NCBI GenBank assembly: GCA_040752005.1
Contig: JBFMFX010000015.1
Span: forward strand, 504-64,503
From: Pseudomonadota bacterium
GTDB taxonomy: Bacteria; Pseudomonadota; Gammaproteobacteria; Burkholderiales; SG8-39
Reading direction: 5' to 3'
Length of the DNA stretch: 64,000 nt
The notes beneath the pieces are model-generated. The model made no database searches. It had not been told where the DNA came from and was given only the letters and a program-made list of their open reading frames with translations. A program made the translations under genes and the position numbers. This document shows positions 12,070 to 22,615 of this stretch, piece after piece (position 1 is the first letter of the stretch; each line of letters opens with the position of its first letter).

Positions 12070-13290
12070 ATGAGCTTTCAGCAGGGACTTTCGGGATTGA
12101 ACGCCGCGGCGAAGAACCTCGACGTGATCGGCAACAACATCGCGAACGCCAACACCGTCGGCTTCAAGGGCTCGCTCGCGCAGTTCGGCGACGTCTTCGC
12201 GAGCGCGGTCGGCGGTGGCGGCACCCAGGTCGGCATCGGCACCTCGATCACGACGGTGCTGCCGCTCTTCGGCCAGGGCAACATCACGGTATCGGCCAAT
12301 CCGCTCGACATCGCCATCAACGGCCAGGGGTTCTTCCGCGTCTCGGCCGGCGGCACGGTGAGCTACACGCGCAACGGCCAGTTCGCCCTGGACAAGGACG
12401 GCTACATCGTCAACGCCGCCGGGGCGCGCCTGACCGGCTATCCGGCCACCGCCGCTGGCACGATCGTCGCGTCCACTCCGGTGGATCTGCGCATCTCGAG
12501 CGCTGACCTCGCTCCGGCGGCGACGCAGAACGCCGGCATCGTGCTCAACCTCGATTCGCGCAGCGGCACGCTGCCCGCCGCCGGCTTCAACCTCGCCGAT
12601 CCGGCGACCTACCACAGCGCGACCTCGCTTGCGGTGTACGACAGCCTCGGCAATCCGCACACGCTGACCACGTACTTCGTGAAGACCGCGGCAAACAGCT
12701 GGAGCGTGTTCGCCGCCTCCGACGGCGTGCAGGTCGGCACCGGTCCGATCGGCACGCTCGCGTTCAATAGCGACGGCACGATCAACACCGGCGCGACCAC
12801 GCTTCCCTTCGCGCTCTCGGTGCCGGTGGGCACCGGCGCCACTTCACCGCTTGCCTTCGCGCTGGACTTCACCGGCAGCACGCAGTTCGGCTCCGGCTTC
12901 GGCGTGAACGAGCTGACCCAGGACGGCTATCCGTCGGGCAAGCTCACCGGCTACGCGATCTCCTCCGACGGCACGATCGTCGGCCGCTATTCGAACGGCC
13001 AGACGCGGGCACAGGGGCAGGTGGTGCTCGCCAACTTCACCAATCCGCAGGGGCTGCAGCCGCTCGGCAACAACCAGTGGGGCGAAACCGCCGCCTCCGG
13101 CCAGCCGCTCGTCGGCGCGCCGAACACCGGCAACCTCGGCGTGCTGCAGTCCGGGGCGCTGGAGGAGGCGAACGTGGACATCACCGAGGAACTGGTCAAG
13201 ATGATCACCGCGCAGCGCATCTATCAGGCGAACGCGCAGACCATCAAGACGCAGGACGCGGTGCTGCAGACGATGGTGAACCTGCGCTAG
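12070..13290 (+). CDS. flgE: Hook protein FlgE
   Basis: MSFQQGLSGLNAA...GNNIANANTVGFK; QRIYQANAQTIKT. Confidence 0.96.
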   Translation: MSFQQGLSGLNAAAKNLDVIGNNIANANTVGFKGSLAQFGDVFASAVGGGGTQVGIGTSITTVLPLFGQGNITVSANPLDIAINGQGFFRVSAGGTVSYTRNGQFALDKDGYIVNAAGARLTGYPATAAGTIVASTPVDLRISSADLAPAATQNAGIVLNLDSRSGTLPAAGFNLADPATYHSATSLAVYDSLGNPHTLTTYFVKTAANSWSVFAASDGVQVGTGPIGTLAFNSDGTINTGATTLPFALSVPVGTGATSPLAFALDFTGSTQFGSGFGVNELTQDGYPSGKLTGYAISSDGTIVGRYSNGQTRAQGQVVLANFTNPQGLQPLGNNQWGETAASGQPLVGAPNTGNLGVLQSGALEEANVDITEELVKMITAQRIYQANAQTIKTQDAVLQTMVNLR

Positions 13291-13296
13291 CGGCCG

Positions 13297-14034
13297 ATGG
13301 ATCGGCTCGTGCACATCGCCGCCTCCGGCGCGCGCCAGCTGATGGCGCGCCAGGATGCGATCGCGCAGAACCTCGCCAACGTCTCGACGCCCGGTTACCG
13401 CGCGCAGACCGCCGCCGCACGCGCGGTGCCGCTCGCGGGCTCCGGCGCGCGGGTGTTCGCCCTAGAGGTCGCCACCGGCGCCGATCTGACGCCCGGCCCG
13501 GTCGAGCCCACCGGCCGCGCGCTGGATGTCGCGGTGCAGGGCCCGGGCTGGATCGCGGTGCAGGCGGCCGACGGGCGCGAAGCGTACACGCGCGCCGGCA
13601 GCCTGGAGGCGGGCGCCAGCGGCGTGCTGCAGACGCGCGCCGGACACGCCGTGCTCGGCGAAGGCGGGCCGATTTCCGTTCCGCCGGAGCACCGCATCGA
13701 GATCGCGCGCGACGGAACTGTCTCGGCGATTCCCGAGGGCCGGCCGCTCGCCGCGGTGCTGGTGCTCGGACGCATCAAGCTCGTCAATCCGCCGGCGGCG
13801 AGCCTCGAGCGCGGCGCCGACGGGCTGTTTCGCACGCGCGACGGCGCGCCCGCGCCCGCCGACCCCGAGGTGGGGCTCGTCGCCGGAGCGCTCGAAGGCG
13901 CGAACGTCAACGCCGCCGAAGCGCTCGTCGGCATGATCGGTGTGGCGCGCCAGTTCGAGCTGCACATGAAGCTCGTGGCGCAGGCCGACGACAACGCGCG
14001 CCGCGCCGCGAGCCTGCTCAACGTCACCGCATGA
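13297..14034 (+). CDS. flgF: Basal-body rod protein FlgF
   Basis: [18 protein letters not shown]; gene order. Confidence 0.93.
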   Translation: MDRLVHIAASGARQLMARQDAIAQNLANVSTPGYRAQTAAARAVPLAGSGARVFALEVATGADLTPGPVEPTGRALDVAVQGPGWIAVQAADGREAYTRAGSLEAGASGVLQTRAGHAVLGEGGPISVPPEHRIEIARDGTVSAIPEGRPLAAVLVLGRIKLVNPPAASLERGADGLFRTRDGAPAPADPEVGLVAGALEGANVNAAEALVGMIGVARQFELHMKLVAQADDNARRAASLLNVTA

Positions 14035-14044
14035 GGACACACGC

Positions 14045-14827
14045 ATGATCCGCTCGCTCTGGATCTCGAAGACCGGGCTCGACGCCCAGCAGACCAACCT
14101 CGATGTGATCGCGAACAACCTCGCCAACGTCGCCACCAACGGCTTCAAGCGCTCGCGCGCGGTGTTCGAGGACCTGCTGTATCAGACCATCCGCTCGCCC
14201 GGCGCGCAGTCCTCGCAGAACACGCAGCTGCCCTCCGGGCTTCAGCTCGGCACCGGCGTGCGGCCGGTCGCGACCGCGCGCATCTTCACTCAGGGCAACC
14301 TGCAGCAGACCGGGAATTCCTTCGACGTCGCGATCAACGGTGCCGGATTCTTCCAGATCCAGCTCCCCGACGGCAGCACCGCCTACACCCGGGACGGCTC
14401 GTTTCACCTAGATAGCCAGGGACAGTTGGTCACCGCGAGCGGCTTCGTGCTGCAGCCCGGGATCACGGTGCCGGCGAACACGCTGTCGGTCACCATCGGC
14501 CAGGACGGCGTGGTGAGCGCGGTGCAATCGGGAAACCCCGCGCCGGTGCAGATCGGCCAGATCCAGCTTGCGAACTTCGTCAATCCGGCGGGGCTTGCGC
14601 CGCTCGGGCAGAACCTGTTCGTCGAGACCGCGGCCTCGGGGGCGCCGACCACCGGCACGCCGGGCACCAGCGGGCTGGGGCTGCTCAACCAGGGCTACGT
14701 CGAGACCTCCAACGTCAACGTGGTCGAGGAGCTGGTCAACATGATCCAGGCGCAGCGCGCCTTCGAGATCAATTCGCGCGCGATCCAGGTTTCCGACCAG
14801 ATCCTGCAGCGTCTGGCGCAGGTGTAG
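14045..14827 (+). CDS. flgG: Distal rod protein FlgG
   Basis: [28 protein letters not shown]. Confidence 0.97.
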   Translation: MIRSLWISKTGLDAQQTNLDVIANNLANVATNGFKRSRAVFEDLLYQTIRSPGAQSSQNTQLPSGLQLGTGVRPVATARIFTQGNLQQTGNSFDVAINGAGFFQIQLPDGSTAYTRDGSFHLDSQGQLVTASGFVLQPGITVPANTLSVTIGQDGVVSAVQSGNPAPVQIGQIQLANFVNPAGLAPLGQNLFVETAASGAPTTGTPGTSGLGLLNQGYVETSNVNVVEELVNMIQAQRAFEINSRAIQVSDQILQRLAQV

Positions 14828-14837
14828 GAAAGCCGCG

Positions 14838-15530
14838 GTGCGCCGCCCGTTCGCCATCGCCCTGGCCGCGATCGCGGCCGCCGGATGCAGCGCGCCGCAG
14901 GTGCGCGTGCACGAGCCGACCAGCGTGCGGCCGGCGCCGGCGGCGCCGGCGCCGGCGCGCACCGACGGGGCGATCTACCGCGCCGAGTCGTACCGGCCGC
15001 TGTTCGAGGACCGCCGCGCGCGCTTCGTCGGCGACACGCTCACCGTCGTGATCAACGAGAAAATCAGCGCTGCGCAGCAGAACGCCACCAGCGCCAGCCG
15101 CTCGGGCGAGATCAAGGCGGAGGTGCCGGCCTTCGACGTGCCGGCGTTTCGCGGCATCGCTGGTGTGCGCAGCGTTCCGGGCCGGCTCGCCGGCACCGAC
15201 ATTGACCTGTCCTCCTCGGTCAAGCACGACGCCAAGGGCGCGGCGAGCGCGAGCAACGCGTTCTCCGGCACGATCGCGGTGACGGTGATCGAGGTGCTGC
15301 CCAACGGCAATCTGCTGGTCGCGGGCGAAAAAGAAATCGGCACCAACCGCGAGGTCGAGCGCCTGCGCTTTTCCGGCGTGGTGAATCCGGCCACCATCGT
15401 CGCCGGCAACCAGGTGAGCTCGACGCAGGTGGCCGATGCGCGGCTCGAGTACCGCGGCGAGGGCGCGGTGGATTCGGCTCAGGTGATGGGCTGGCTCGCG
15501 CGCTTTTTCCTTTCGTTCCTGCCGTTCTGA
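14838..15530 (+). CDS. flgH: L-ring lipoprotein FlgH
   Basis: Lipobox AAGC; LFEDRRAR, VLPNGNL, GWLARFF. Confidence 0.94.
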   Translation: MRRPFAIALAAIAAAGCSAPQVRVHEPTSVRPAPAAPAPARTDGAIYRAESYRPLFEDRRARFVGDTLTVVINEKISAAQQNATSASRSGEIKAEVPAFDVPAFRGIAGVRSVPGRLAGTDIDLSSSVKHDAKGAASASNAFSGTIAVTVIEVLPNGNLLVAGEKEIGTNREVERLRFSGVVNPATIVAGNQVSSTQVADARLEYRGEGAVDSAQVMGWLARFFLSFLPF

Positions 15531-15535
15531 GACCG

Positions 15536-16660
15536 ATGCGGCGCGCGCACGTCATGGTGTGGATCGAGCGCCTGGCGGTGGCGATCGTCGTGTTGCTCGC
15601 GGCCGTGCTCGTCGAGGCGCGCGCCGAGCGCGTGAAGGACATCGCGAGCTTTCAGGGCGCGCGCGCCAACCAGCTCGTCGGCTACGGGCTGGTGGTGGGC
15701 CTGGACGGCAGCGGCGACCAGACCACGCAGACGCCGTTCACGGTGCAGAGCGTGGTCTCGATGCTCGGCCAGATGGGGGTGAACCTGCCGCCGGGCGTGA
15801 ACCTGCAGCTCAAGAACGTCGCCGCGGTGATGGTGACCGCGCAGCTACCGCCGTTCGCGCGGCCGGGCCAGGCGCTTGATGTCACCGTCTCCTCTCTCGG
15901 CAACGCGAAGAGCCTGCGCGGCGGCACGCTGCTGCTCACGCCGCTCAAGGGCGCCGACGGCCAGGTCTATGCGCTCGCGCAGGGCAATGTGGTGGTGGGC
16001 GGCGCCGGAGCCTCCGCCGCGGGTTCGCGCGCGCAGGTGAACCAGCTGAACGCCGGGCGCATTCCCTCGGGCGCCACCGTCGAGCGCGCGGTGCCGGCGG
16101 CGGTCGGCGCCGATGGCGTGGTGCGGCTGGAGCTGCACGCGTCCGATTTCGGCACCGCGCGCCGCGTCGCCGAGGCGATACGCGCGCGCCTGGGTGCGGC
16201 GGCGGTGGCGCGCGATGCGCGCACGGTCGAGGTTCCGGCACCGCCCGGCGAGTTCGAGCGCGTCGCCTTCCTCGCCGAGCTGGAGAACGTGCCGGTGGAG
16301 ACGCCGACGGCGGCGGCGAAGGTCGTGATCAACGCGCGCACCGGCTCGGTGGTGATGAACCAGGCGGTCGCGCTCGCGCCGGCGGCGGTCGCGCACGGCA
16401 GCCTCTCGATCACCGTGAGCGCCGCTCCGGAGGTGAGCCAGCCGGCCCCGCTCTCCGGCGGCCAGACCGTGGTCACCGAAAAGGCCGACGTGCAGATCCG
16501 CCAGGAGCGCGGCGACCTGTTCTATCTGGAGGGCGGCGCGCGCCTGGCCGACGTGGTGAAGGCGCTCAACCTGCTCGGCGCGACGCCGCAGGACCTCGTC
16601 TCGATCCTGCAGGCGCTCAAGGCCGCGGGGTCGCTCCGCGCCGAGCTGGAGATCATCTGA
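15536..16660 (+). CDS. flgI: P-ring protein FlgI
   Basis: NQLVGYGLVVGLDGSGD, SLRGGTLL. Confidence 0.96.
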   Translation: MRRAHVMVWIERLAVAIVVLLAAVLVEARAERVKDIASFQGARANQLVGYGLVVGLDGSGDQTTQTPFTVQSVVSMLGQMGVNLPPGVNLQLKNVAAVMVTAQLPPFARPGQALDVTVSSLGNAKSLRGGTLLLTPLKGADGQVYALAQGNVVVGGAGASAAGSRAQVNQLNAGRIPSGATVERAVPAAVGADGVVRLELHASDFGTARRVAEAIRARLGAAAVARDARTVEVPAPPGEFERVAFLAELENVPVETPTAAAKVVINARTGSVVMNQAVALAPAAVAHGSLSITVSAAPEVSQPAPLSGGQTVVTEKADVQIRQERGDLFYLEGGARLADVVKALNLLGATPQDLVSILQALKAAGSLRAELEII

Positions 16661-17451
16661 TGGCGGCCTCGCCGGTGGATCCCGCGCTCGCGGCGCTCAG
16701 GCGCGAGGCGCGCGCCGATCCGCAGAAGGCGGTGCGCCAGGCGGCGGTCGAGTTCGAGCGCGTCTTCCTGCAGATGCTCCTGCGCAGCATGCGCGAGGCG
16801 ACGCCGCGGTTCGATCCGCTCGCGGGCGACACGCAGCGACTGTACGAGGGCATGCTCGATGAAGCCTGGGCGGCCGAGCTGTCGAAACGCTCGATCGGTC
16901 TGGCGCCGATCATCGAGCGGCAGCTTGCGAGGAACGTCCGCTCCGCGGGTCCGCAGGCGGCTGCGCAGGCGATCGAGGAGGCCGCCTCCGACAAGGCGGC
17001 CGCCTTCGTGCGACGCATGGCTGCGCCCGCGCGCGAGGCGAGCCGCGCCACCGGCCTGCCGGCGGCCTTCATCCTCGGGCAGGCGGGGCTCGAATCCGGC
17101 TGGGGAGCGCGCGAGATCCGCCGCGCCGACGGCAGCACCACGTACAACCTGTTCGGCATCAAGGCGGGAAGCGACTGGCGCGGCGCGGTCGTCGAGGCGC
17201 CGACCGTCGAGTACGTCGGCGGGCGGGCGGAGCGGCGGATCGAGCGCTTTCGCGCCTACGGCTCCTACGCCGAGGCGTTCGCCGACTACGCGCGGCTGCT
17301 CGCCACAAGCCCGCGCTATGCCGAGGCGCTCGCGGCGCGCGGCGAACCGGAGCGCTTCGCGCAGGCGATCGCGCGCGCCGGCTACGCCACCGACCCGGCC
17401 TACGGCGCAAAGCTCGCGCGCGCGATCCGCATCGCCCAGCGCCTCGCCTGA
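16660..17451 (+). CDS. flgJ: Rod cap/peptidoglycan hydrolase FlgJ
   Basis: Rod-binding N-domain; LESGWG, NLFGIKA, GYATDPAY glucosaminidase motifs. Confidence 0.93.
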   Translation: MAASPVDPALAALRREARADPQKAVRQAAVEFERVFLQMLLRSMREATPRFDPLAGDTQRLYEGMLDEAWAAELSKRSIGLAPIIERQLARNVRSAGPQAAAQAIEEAASDKAAAFVRRMAAPAREASRATGLPAAFILGQAGLESGWGAREIRRADGSTTYNLFGIKAGSDWRGAVVEAPTVEYVGGRAERRIERFRAYGSYAEAFADYARLLATSPRYAEALAARGEPERFAQAIARAGYATDPAYGAKLARAIRIAQRLA

Positions 17452-17501
17452 AAGGCTGGAGAAATCCGCGCCGCGGCCGTTAAACGGAGAGCGTACCTGC
17501 C

Positions 17502-19412
17502 ATGGCCACCTCGATCCTCGGCATCGCCACCAGCGGCGTCGCGGCCGCGCGCGCGGGGCTTGCCACCACCGCGCACAACATCGCCAACGTCAATACCGAG
17601 GGCTTCTCGCGCCAGAACATCGTCCAGAGCACGCCGGTGCCCGCCTATACCGGCGCCGGGTTCTTCGGCGCCGGGGTGGCGGTGGCCACCGTGCGCCGCG
17701 CCTGGAACGAGGTGCTCGAGCAGCAGGCGCGCGCGGCCGACTCGCGCGCGGCCGCCGCCGCGGAACTCGCCGCGCAGCTTCGCGCGCTCGATGATCTGCT
17801 TGCCGATCCGCAGGCGGGGTTGGCGCCGGCGCTCGACGAATTCTTTGGCGGCCTGAACGAGGTCGCGGCGCATCCGGCCGACGCGGCGGCGCGTCAGGCG
17901 CTCGTCTCGCGCGCCGAAGCGCTCGCCGCACGGTTCCGGGGCCTCGATGCACGGCTCGACGACCTGCGCGCTCGCGCCAACCGCCAGACCGAGGAGACGA
18001 TCGCTTCGGTGAACGCCACCGCCGCGCGCATCGCCGAGCTTAACCGTCGGATCCTCGAGGCAGGCTCGGTCGGGTCGCGCGCGCAGCCGCCCAACGACCT
18101 GCTCGATGCGCGCGATTCTCTGGTGCGCGAATTGGGCCGCGAGATCGGCGCGACCGCCGTGGCGCAGTCCGACGGCAGCCTGAACGTGTTCGTCGCCGGT
18201 GGGCAGGCGATCGTCGTGGGCGGCAACGCGTATGCGCTCGCCGCATCCCCCGATCCGGAGTCGCCGCGGGATGTGGCGATCTCGCTGCAGGCCGGGGCGG
18301 CGCCGGTCGCCCTGCGCGCGGCCGATTTCTCGGGCGGCCGGCTGGGTGCGCTGCTGGAGTTTCGCAACGCCGATCTCGCCGGCGCCCGCAACGCCCTCGG
18401 CCGCATCGCGATCGCGCTCGCCGAGCAGATGAACGCGCAGCACCGGCTCGGACAGGACCTCGACGGGGCGATGGGCGGAGCGCTGTTCGCCGCCGGTGCG
18501 CCGGCGGTCGCCGCGCGCGCGACCAACGCCGGAACCGCGCAGCTTGCGGCGACGCTCGCCGACGCCTCGGCGCTCACGACGAGCGCCTACCGCGTGCTCT
18601 GGGACGGAGCCGCCTGGCAGGTCGAGCGACTGTCCGACAGGATGTCTTGGTCGTTCGCCGCCTTGCCACAGACGGTGGACGGGGTGACGCTCGCCCTTGC
18701 TTCGGGCACGCCGGCCGCGGGCGACTCGTTTCGCCTGGAGCCGACCGCATCGGGCGCGGCGGAGTTTGCCCTGCTTGTGCGCCAGCCGCGGCAGCTCGCC
18801 GCCGCGGCGCCGATCCGCGCCGCCACGTCGGCGGGCAACACCGGCAGCGGCGTCGTGAGCGCGCTCGCGGTGAACGCGCCGCCGCCGCCGGACCCGAATC
18901 TCGCGCAGACGGTCACGATCACGTTCACCGGACCGAACACGTTCGACGTGAGCGGCACAGGCACCGGCAACCCGACCGGCGTCGCGTACACGAGCGGCGC
19001 GCCGATCCGCTTCAACGGCTGGACGCTCACGCTGGAGGGCGCCCCGGCCGCGGGCGACGTCTTCACGGTGCAGGCGAACACCGGCGCGGTCGCCGACAAC
19101 CGCAACATGCTCGCGCTCGCCGCGTTGCACGGCGCGCGCGGGATCGAAGGGGGTACGGCGAGCTACGGCGAGGCCTGGAGCGCGCTCGTCGGTGCGGTGG
19201 GCAGCCGCGCGCGCGAGATGCAGGTGAACGAGCAGGCGCTCGAACGCCTCGCGGCGCAGGCCGAGGCGAGCCGACAGGAACTGAGCGGCGTCAATCTGGA
19301 CGAGGAAGCGGCCAATCTCCTGCGCTACCAGCAGGCGTGGCAGGCATCGGCCAAGGCGCTGGCGATCGCCGACGCCCTGTTCGCCTCGCTGCTCGAACTC
19401 GGAGGGCGATGA
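17502..19412 (+). CDS. flgK: Hook-associated protein FlgK
   Basis: HNIANVNTEGFSRQ; SGVNLDEEAANL. Confidence 0.95.
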   Translation: MATSILGIATSGVAAARAGLATTAHNIANVNTEGFSRQNIVQSTPVPAYTGAGFFGAGVAVATVRRAWNEVLEQQARAADSRAAAAAELAAQLRALDDLLADPQAGLAPALDEFFGGLNEVAAHPADAAARQALVSRAEALAARFRGLDARLDDLRARANRQTEETIASVNATAARIAELNRRILEAGSVGSRAQPPNDLLDARDSLVRELGREIGATAVAQSDGSLNVFVAGGQAIVVGGNAYALAASPDPESPRDVAISLQAGAAPVALRAADFSGGRLGALLEFRNADLAGARNALGRIAIALAEQMNAQHRLGQDLDGAMGGALFAAGAPAVAARATNAGTAQLAATLADASALTTSAYRVLWDGAAWQVERLSDRMSWSFAALPQTVDGVTLALASGTPAAGDSFRLEPTASGAAEFALLVRQPRQLAAAAPIRAATSAGNTGSGVVSALAVNAPPPPDPNLAQTVTITFTGPNTFDVSGTGTGNPTGVAYTSGAPIRFNGWTLTLEGAPAAGDVFTVQANTGAVADNRNMLALAALHGARGIEGGTASYGEAWSALVGAVGSRAREMQVNEQALERLAAQAEASRQELSGVNLDEEAANLLRYQQAWQASAKALAIADALFASLLELGGR

Positions 19413-20620
19413 GCATGAGGATCAGCACGTCGCTTCTGTTCGAATCCGGCGCGCGCACGATTTCGCGCCAGCAGGCCGAGTGGGCGCGCACGCAGCAGCA
19501 GCTCGCGACCGGCCGGCGCCTGCTCGCCGCCTCGGACGATCCGCTCGCCGCGGCGCAGGCGCTGCGCACGGCCCAGGCTGCGGCGCGCGCCGATCAGTAC
19601 GCGGCGACGCAGGCGGCGGCGCGCTCCAGCCTCGCGCTGGCCGAATCGGTGCTCGGGCGCGCGACCGAAGTGCTGCAGGGCGCGCGCGAGCTGCTGGTGC
19701 AGGCGAACGCGCCGACGCTGACCGACGCCGATCGTGCGAGCCTCGCGGTGGCGCTGCGCGCGCGCTACGACGAGTTGCTCGCGCTCGCCAACGCGCGCGA
19801 TGCCGACGGGCAGTACCTGTTCTCCGGCTACCGCGGCGCGACGCAGCCGTTCGCCGAGACCGCGGCGGGCGTCACCTACGCGGGCGACGAAGGCGAGCGC
19901 GCGCTCGCGGTCGCCGAGGGACGGCTGCTGGCGGTGTCGGTGAACGGCGCCTGGCTATTCGACCGCGTGCCCGACGGCAACGGCCGGTTCAGCGTCAGCG
20001 CCGCGGCGACCAACACCGGTACCGCGGTGCACGACGGCGGCACGGTGACCGATCCGGCCGCGCTGACCGGCCACACGTACCGGATCCAGTTCGGCGCCGG
20101 CACGCCACCGGTGTACGACGTTGTGGACGTGACGACCGGAACGACGCTCGTCGCCGCGGCGACGTACACGAGCGGCCGGGCGATCGAGTTCGACGGGCTG
20201 CGCGTGGTGCTCAGCGGCGCCCCGGCTGCCGGCGACCGCTTCGACATCGCGCCGAGCGGGGCGGCGAGCGTCTTCGACACGCTGCGCGCGCTCGCCGATC
20301 GCCTGGCGGCGCCGGCTGCCGGCCCGGCCGGCCGCGCGGCGATCGCCAATACGCTCGCCGGCGGCCTGCAGGCGCTCGATCGCGCGCTCGATCGCGTGCT
20401 CGAGGCGCGTGCGCGCGCCGGCGCGGGGCTCGCCGAGCTCGACGGGCTCGGAGATCTCGTCTCGGCCGAGAAGCTGCGCCATGAAGCCGACGGCGCGCGC
20501 CTCGCGAATCTGGACTACGCCGAGGCCGCGAGCCGCTTCGCCGCGCAACAGACCGCGCTCGAGGCGGCGCAGCGCTCCTACCTGCGCGTCACCTCGCTTT
20601 CGCTCTTCGACCTGCTGTAG
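19409..20620 (+). CDS. flgL: Hook-associated protein FlgL
   Basis: MRIST...SDDP, GQYLFSG, LSLFDLL; overlaps the flgK stop. Confidence 0.93.
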   Translation: MSMRISTSLLFESGARTISRQQAEWARTQQQLATGRRLLAASDDPLAAAQALRTAQAAARADQYAATQAAARSSLALAESVLGRATEVLQGARELLVQANAPTLTDADRASLAVALRARYDELLALANARDADGQYLFSGYRGATQPFAETAAGVTYAGDEGERALAVAEGRLLAVSVNGAWLFDRVPDGNGRFSVSAAATNTGTAVHDGGTVTDPAALTGHTYRIQFGAGTPPVYDVVDVTTGTTLVAAATYTSGRAIEFDGLRVVLSGAPAAGDRFDIAPSGAASVFDTLRALADRLAAPAAGPAGRAAIANTLAGGLQALDRALDRVLEARARAGAGLAELDGLGDLVSAEKLRHEADGARLANLDYAEAASRFAAQQTALEAAQRSYLRVTSLSLFDLL

Positions 20621-20634
20621 GAGAGGACCGGGCC

Positions 20635-21981
20635 GTGGCCGCGGGTGCGGGACCGACCGAGATCGCGCGCGAAACGATCCGCCAGCTCGCGCTGCGGCGT
20701 CTGGCGCCCACGCCCGAGCACTACGCGCGCGTGTACCGCGAGATCGGGGGGATGGAGGAGGAGCCCGACGGCGCGGCGGCACAGGCGCAGTTCCTGCGCG
20801 AGCAGATGGCGCGCCTGCTCACCGACGCGGTGGTGCCGCGCCTCGGATACCACGAGGAGCTCGCGACGGAGGCGCGGGCGATCGCCGAACGCATCCGCGC
20901 CGCGCGCGAAATGGCCGAGCTGCGCGCCGAGGCGCAGGCGCTGCGCCAGTTCTGGATCCACCTCGAGCTGCGCGGCCAGACGCAGGCCGACGTGCTCGCC
21001 GCTTCGCTCGCGCTGCTTCAGCTCACCGTGCGCAACCTCGGCGAGCTGGTCGCCGACGAGCGCTGGGTAAAGCCGCAGGTCGAGCGGCTGGAGAAGCTGC
21101 TCGCCGCGCCGCCCGACCTGGAGGCGATGCGCGAGGTCGAGCGCGGCCTGCGCGCGGTGATCGTGCGCCAGGGCGCCATGCGCCGCCAGCTGGAGGAGGC
21201 GCAGGCGGCGCTGCGCGAGATGGTGAGCGCGTTCATCGAGCGTATCGGCGCGATCAGCTCCTCGACCGGCGCCTACAGCGCGCGCGTGTCGGAATACGCC
21301 CGCCGCATCCAGGAAGCGAAAGATCTCGCCGGCCTCGCCGGGCTGGTGAGCGAGCTGCTCGCCGACACGCGCGGCATGCAGACCGATCTGGTGCGCTCGC
21401 GCGAGGAGCTGGTCGAGGCGCGCCGGCGGGTGCAGGCGCAGCAGGCACGCATCGCCGAACTGGAAAAACAGCTCGAGACGGTCGCGAGCCTGGTGCGCGA
21501 GGACGCGCTCACCGGCGCGCTCAACCGCCGCGGGCTGGAGGAGGCGTTCAGTGCCGAATGCGCGCGCGCCGAGCGCCGCGGCGAGCCGCTTTCGCTGGCG
21601 GTGCTGGATCTGGACGATTTCAAGGCGCTCAACGACCGGCTCGGCCACCAGGCGGGCGATGCGGCGCTCGCACACCTGGCGCGCGTGGCACGCACGGCGC
21701 TACGACCTACCGACATCGTCACCCGCTACGGCGGCGAGGAGTTCGTCATCCTGCTGCCCGGCAGCGCGGGCGAGGAAGCCGCGCGCATCGTGATGCGGGT
21801 GCAGCATGCGCTCACGCGGCACTTGCTTCGGCACAACGAGGAAAAGGTGCTCATCACCTTCAGCGCCGGGGTGGCCGAGCGAAGGCCGGGAGAGACGCGC
21901 GAGGCGCTGATCGCGCGTGCCGACACCGCGATGTACGAGGCCAAGCGCGCCGGCAAAAACCGCGTCGTCGTGGCGCCTTGA
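20635..21981 (+). CDS. Diguanylate cyclase with coiled-coil N-terminus
   Basis: DALTGALNRR, RPTD I-site, intact RYGGEEF. Confidence 0.9.
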   Translation: MAAGAGPTEIARETIRQLALRRLAPTPEHYARVYREIGGMEEEPDGAAAQAQFLREQMARLLTDAVVPRLGYHEELATEARAIAERIRAAREMAELRAEAQALRQFWIHLELRGQTQADVLAASLALLQLTVRNLGELVADERWVKPQVERLEKLLAAPPDLEAMREVERGLRAVIVRQGAMRRQLEEAQAALREMVSAFIERIGAISSSTGAYSARVSEYARRIQEAKDLAGLAGLVSELLADTRGMQTDLVRSREELVEARRRVQAQQARIAELEKQLETVASLVREDALTGALNRRGLEEAFSAECARAERRGEPLSLAVLDLDDFKALNDRLGHQAGDAALAHLARVARTALRPTDIVTRYGGEEFVILLPGSAGEEAARIVMRVQHALTRHLLRHNEEKVLITFSAGVAERRPGETREALIARADTAMYEAKRAGKNRVVVAP

Positions 21982-21982
21982 C

Positions 21983-22615
21983 CTATTCGAGCAGGCCGTG
22001 CTCGACGGCGTAGCGCGCGAGCTCCGCGTTCGTGCGCACGCGGAGCTTTTCCAGCACGCGCGCGCGGTACACGCTGACCGTCTTGGGCGAGAGCGCAAGC
22101 TCTGCCGCGACCTCCGAGAGCCGGCGGCCGGCGGCGAGCAGCCGCAGCACCTGGAATTCCCGGTCGGTGAGCGCCTCGTGCAGCGGCCGCTCGGCGGGCT
22201 CGGCGATGCGCTCGGCGAGGGCCTCGGCGAGCTGCGGCGTGATGTAGCGGCGCCCGGCGGCGACCTGCCGGATCGCCTCCAGCAGCTTCTCCGGCGCGCT
22301 CGACTTGGTGAGATAGCCCGCGGCGCCTGCGCGCAGCGCGCGCAGCGCGTACAGCTCCTCCGGGTACATGCTGAGCACCAGCACCCGCAGCCGCGGATAC
22401 TGCGCGCGCACCGACTTGAGGATCTCGATGCCGTTCTTGCCGGGCATCGCGATGTCGAGCAGGAGCACGTCGCACGCGTGCCGCCGCAGCAGCGCCGACA
22501 GCTCGCCGTAGTCGGCGGCCTCGCCCACGATCTCGATGTCGCCGCCCTCGGCGACGATCTGGCGCATGCCGCGGCGCACGATCGCGTGATCGTCGGCGAT
22601 CGCGAGACGAATCAT
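21983..22615 (-). CDS. NarL/UvrY-family response regulator
   Basis: REC plus LuxR HTH (LTDREFQV, LSPKTVSVYR). Confidence 0.92.
   Translation of the reverse strand: MIRLAIADDHAIVRRGMRQIVAEGGDIEIVGEAADYGELSALLRRHACDVLLLDIAMPGKNGIEILKSVRAQYPRLRVLVLSMYPEELYALRALRAGAAGYLTKSSAPEKLLEAIRQVAAGRRYITPQLAEALAERIAEPAERPLHEALTDREFQVLRLLAAGRRLSEVAAELALSPKTVSVYRARVLEKLRVRTNAELARYAVEHGLLE

Noticed and set aside
17457-17483. Sigma-28 promoter before flgK
   Set aside because: The -10 GCCGTTAA is plausible, but there is no -35 at the correct spacing.
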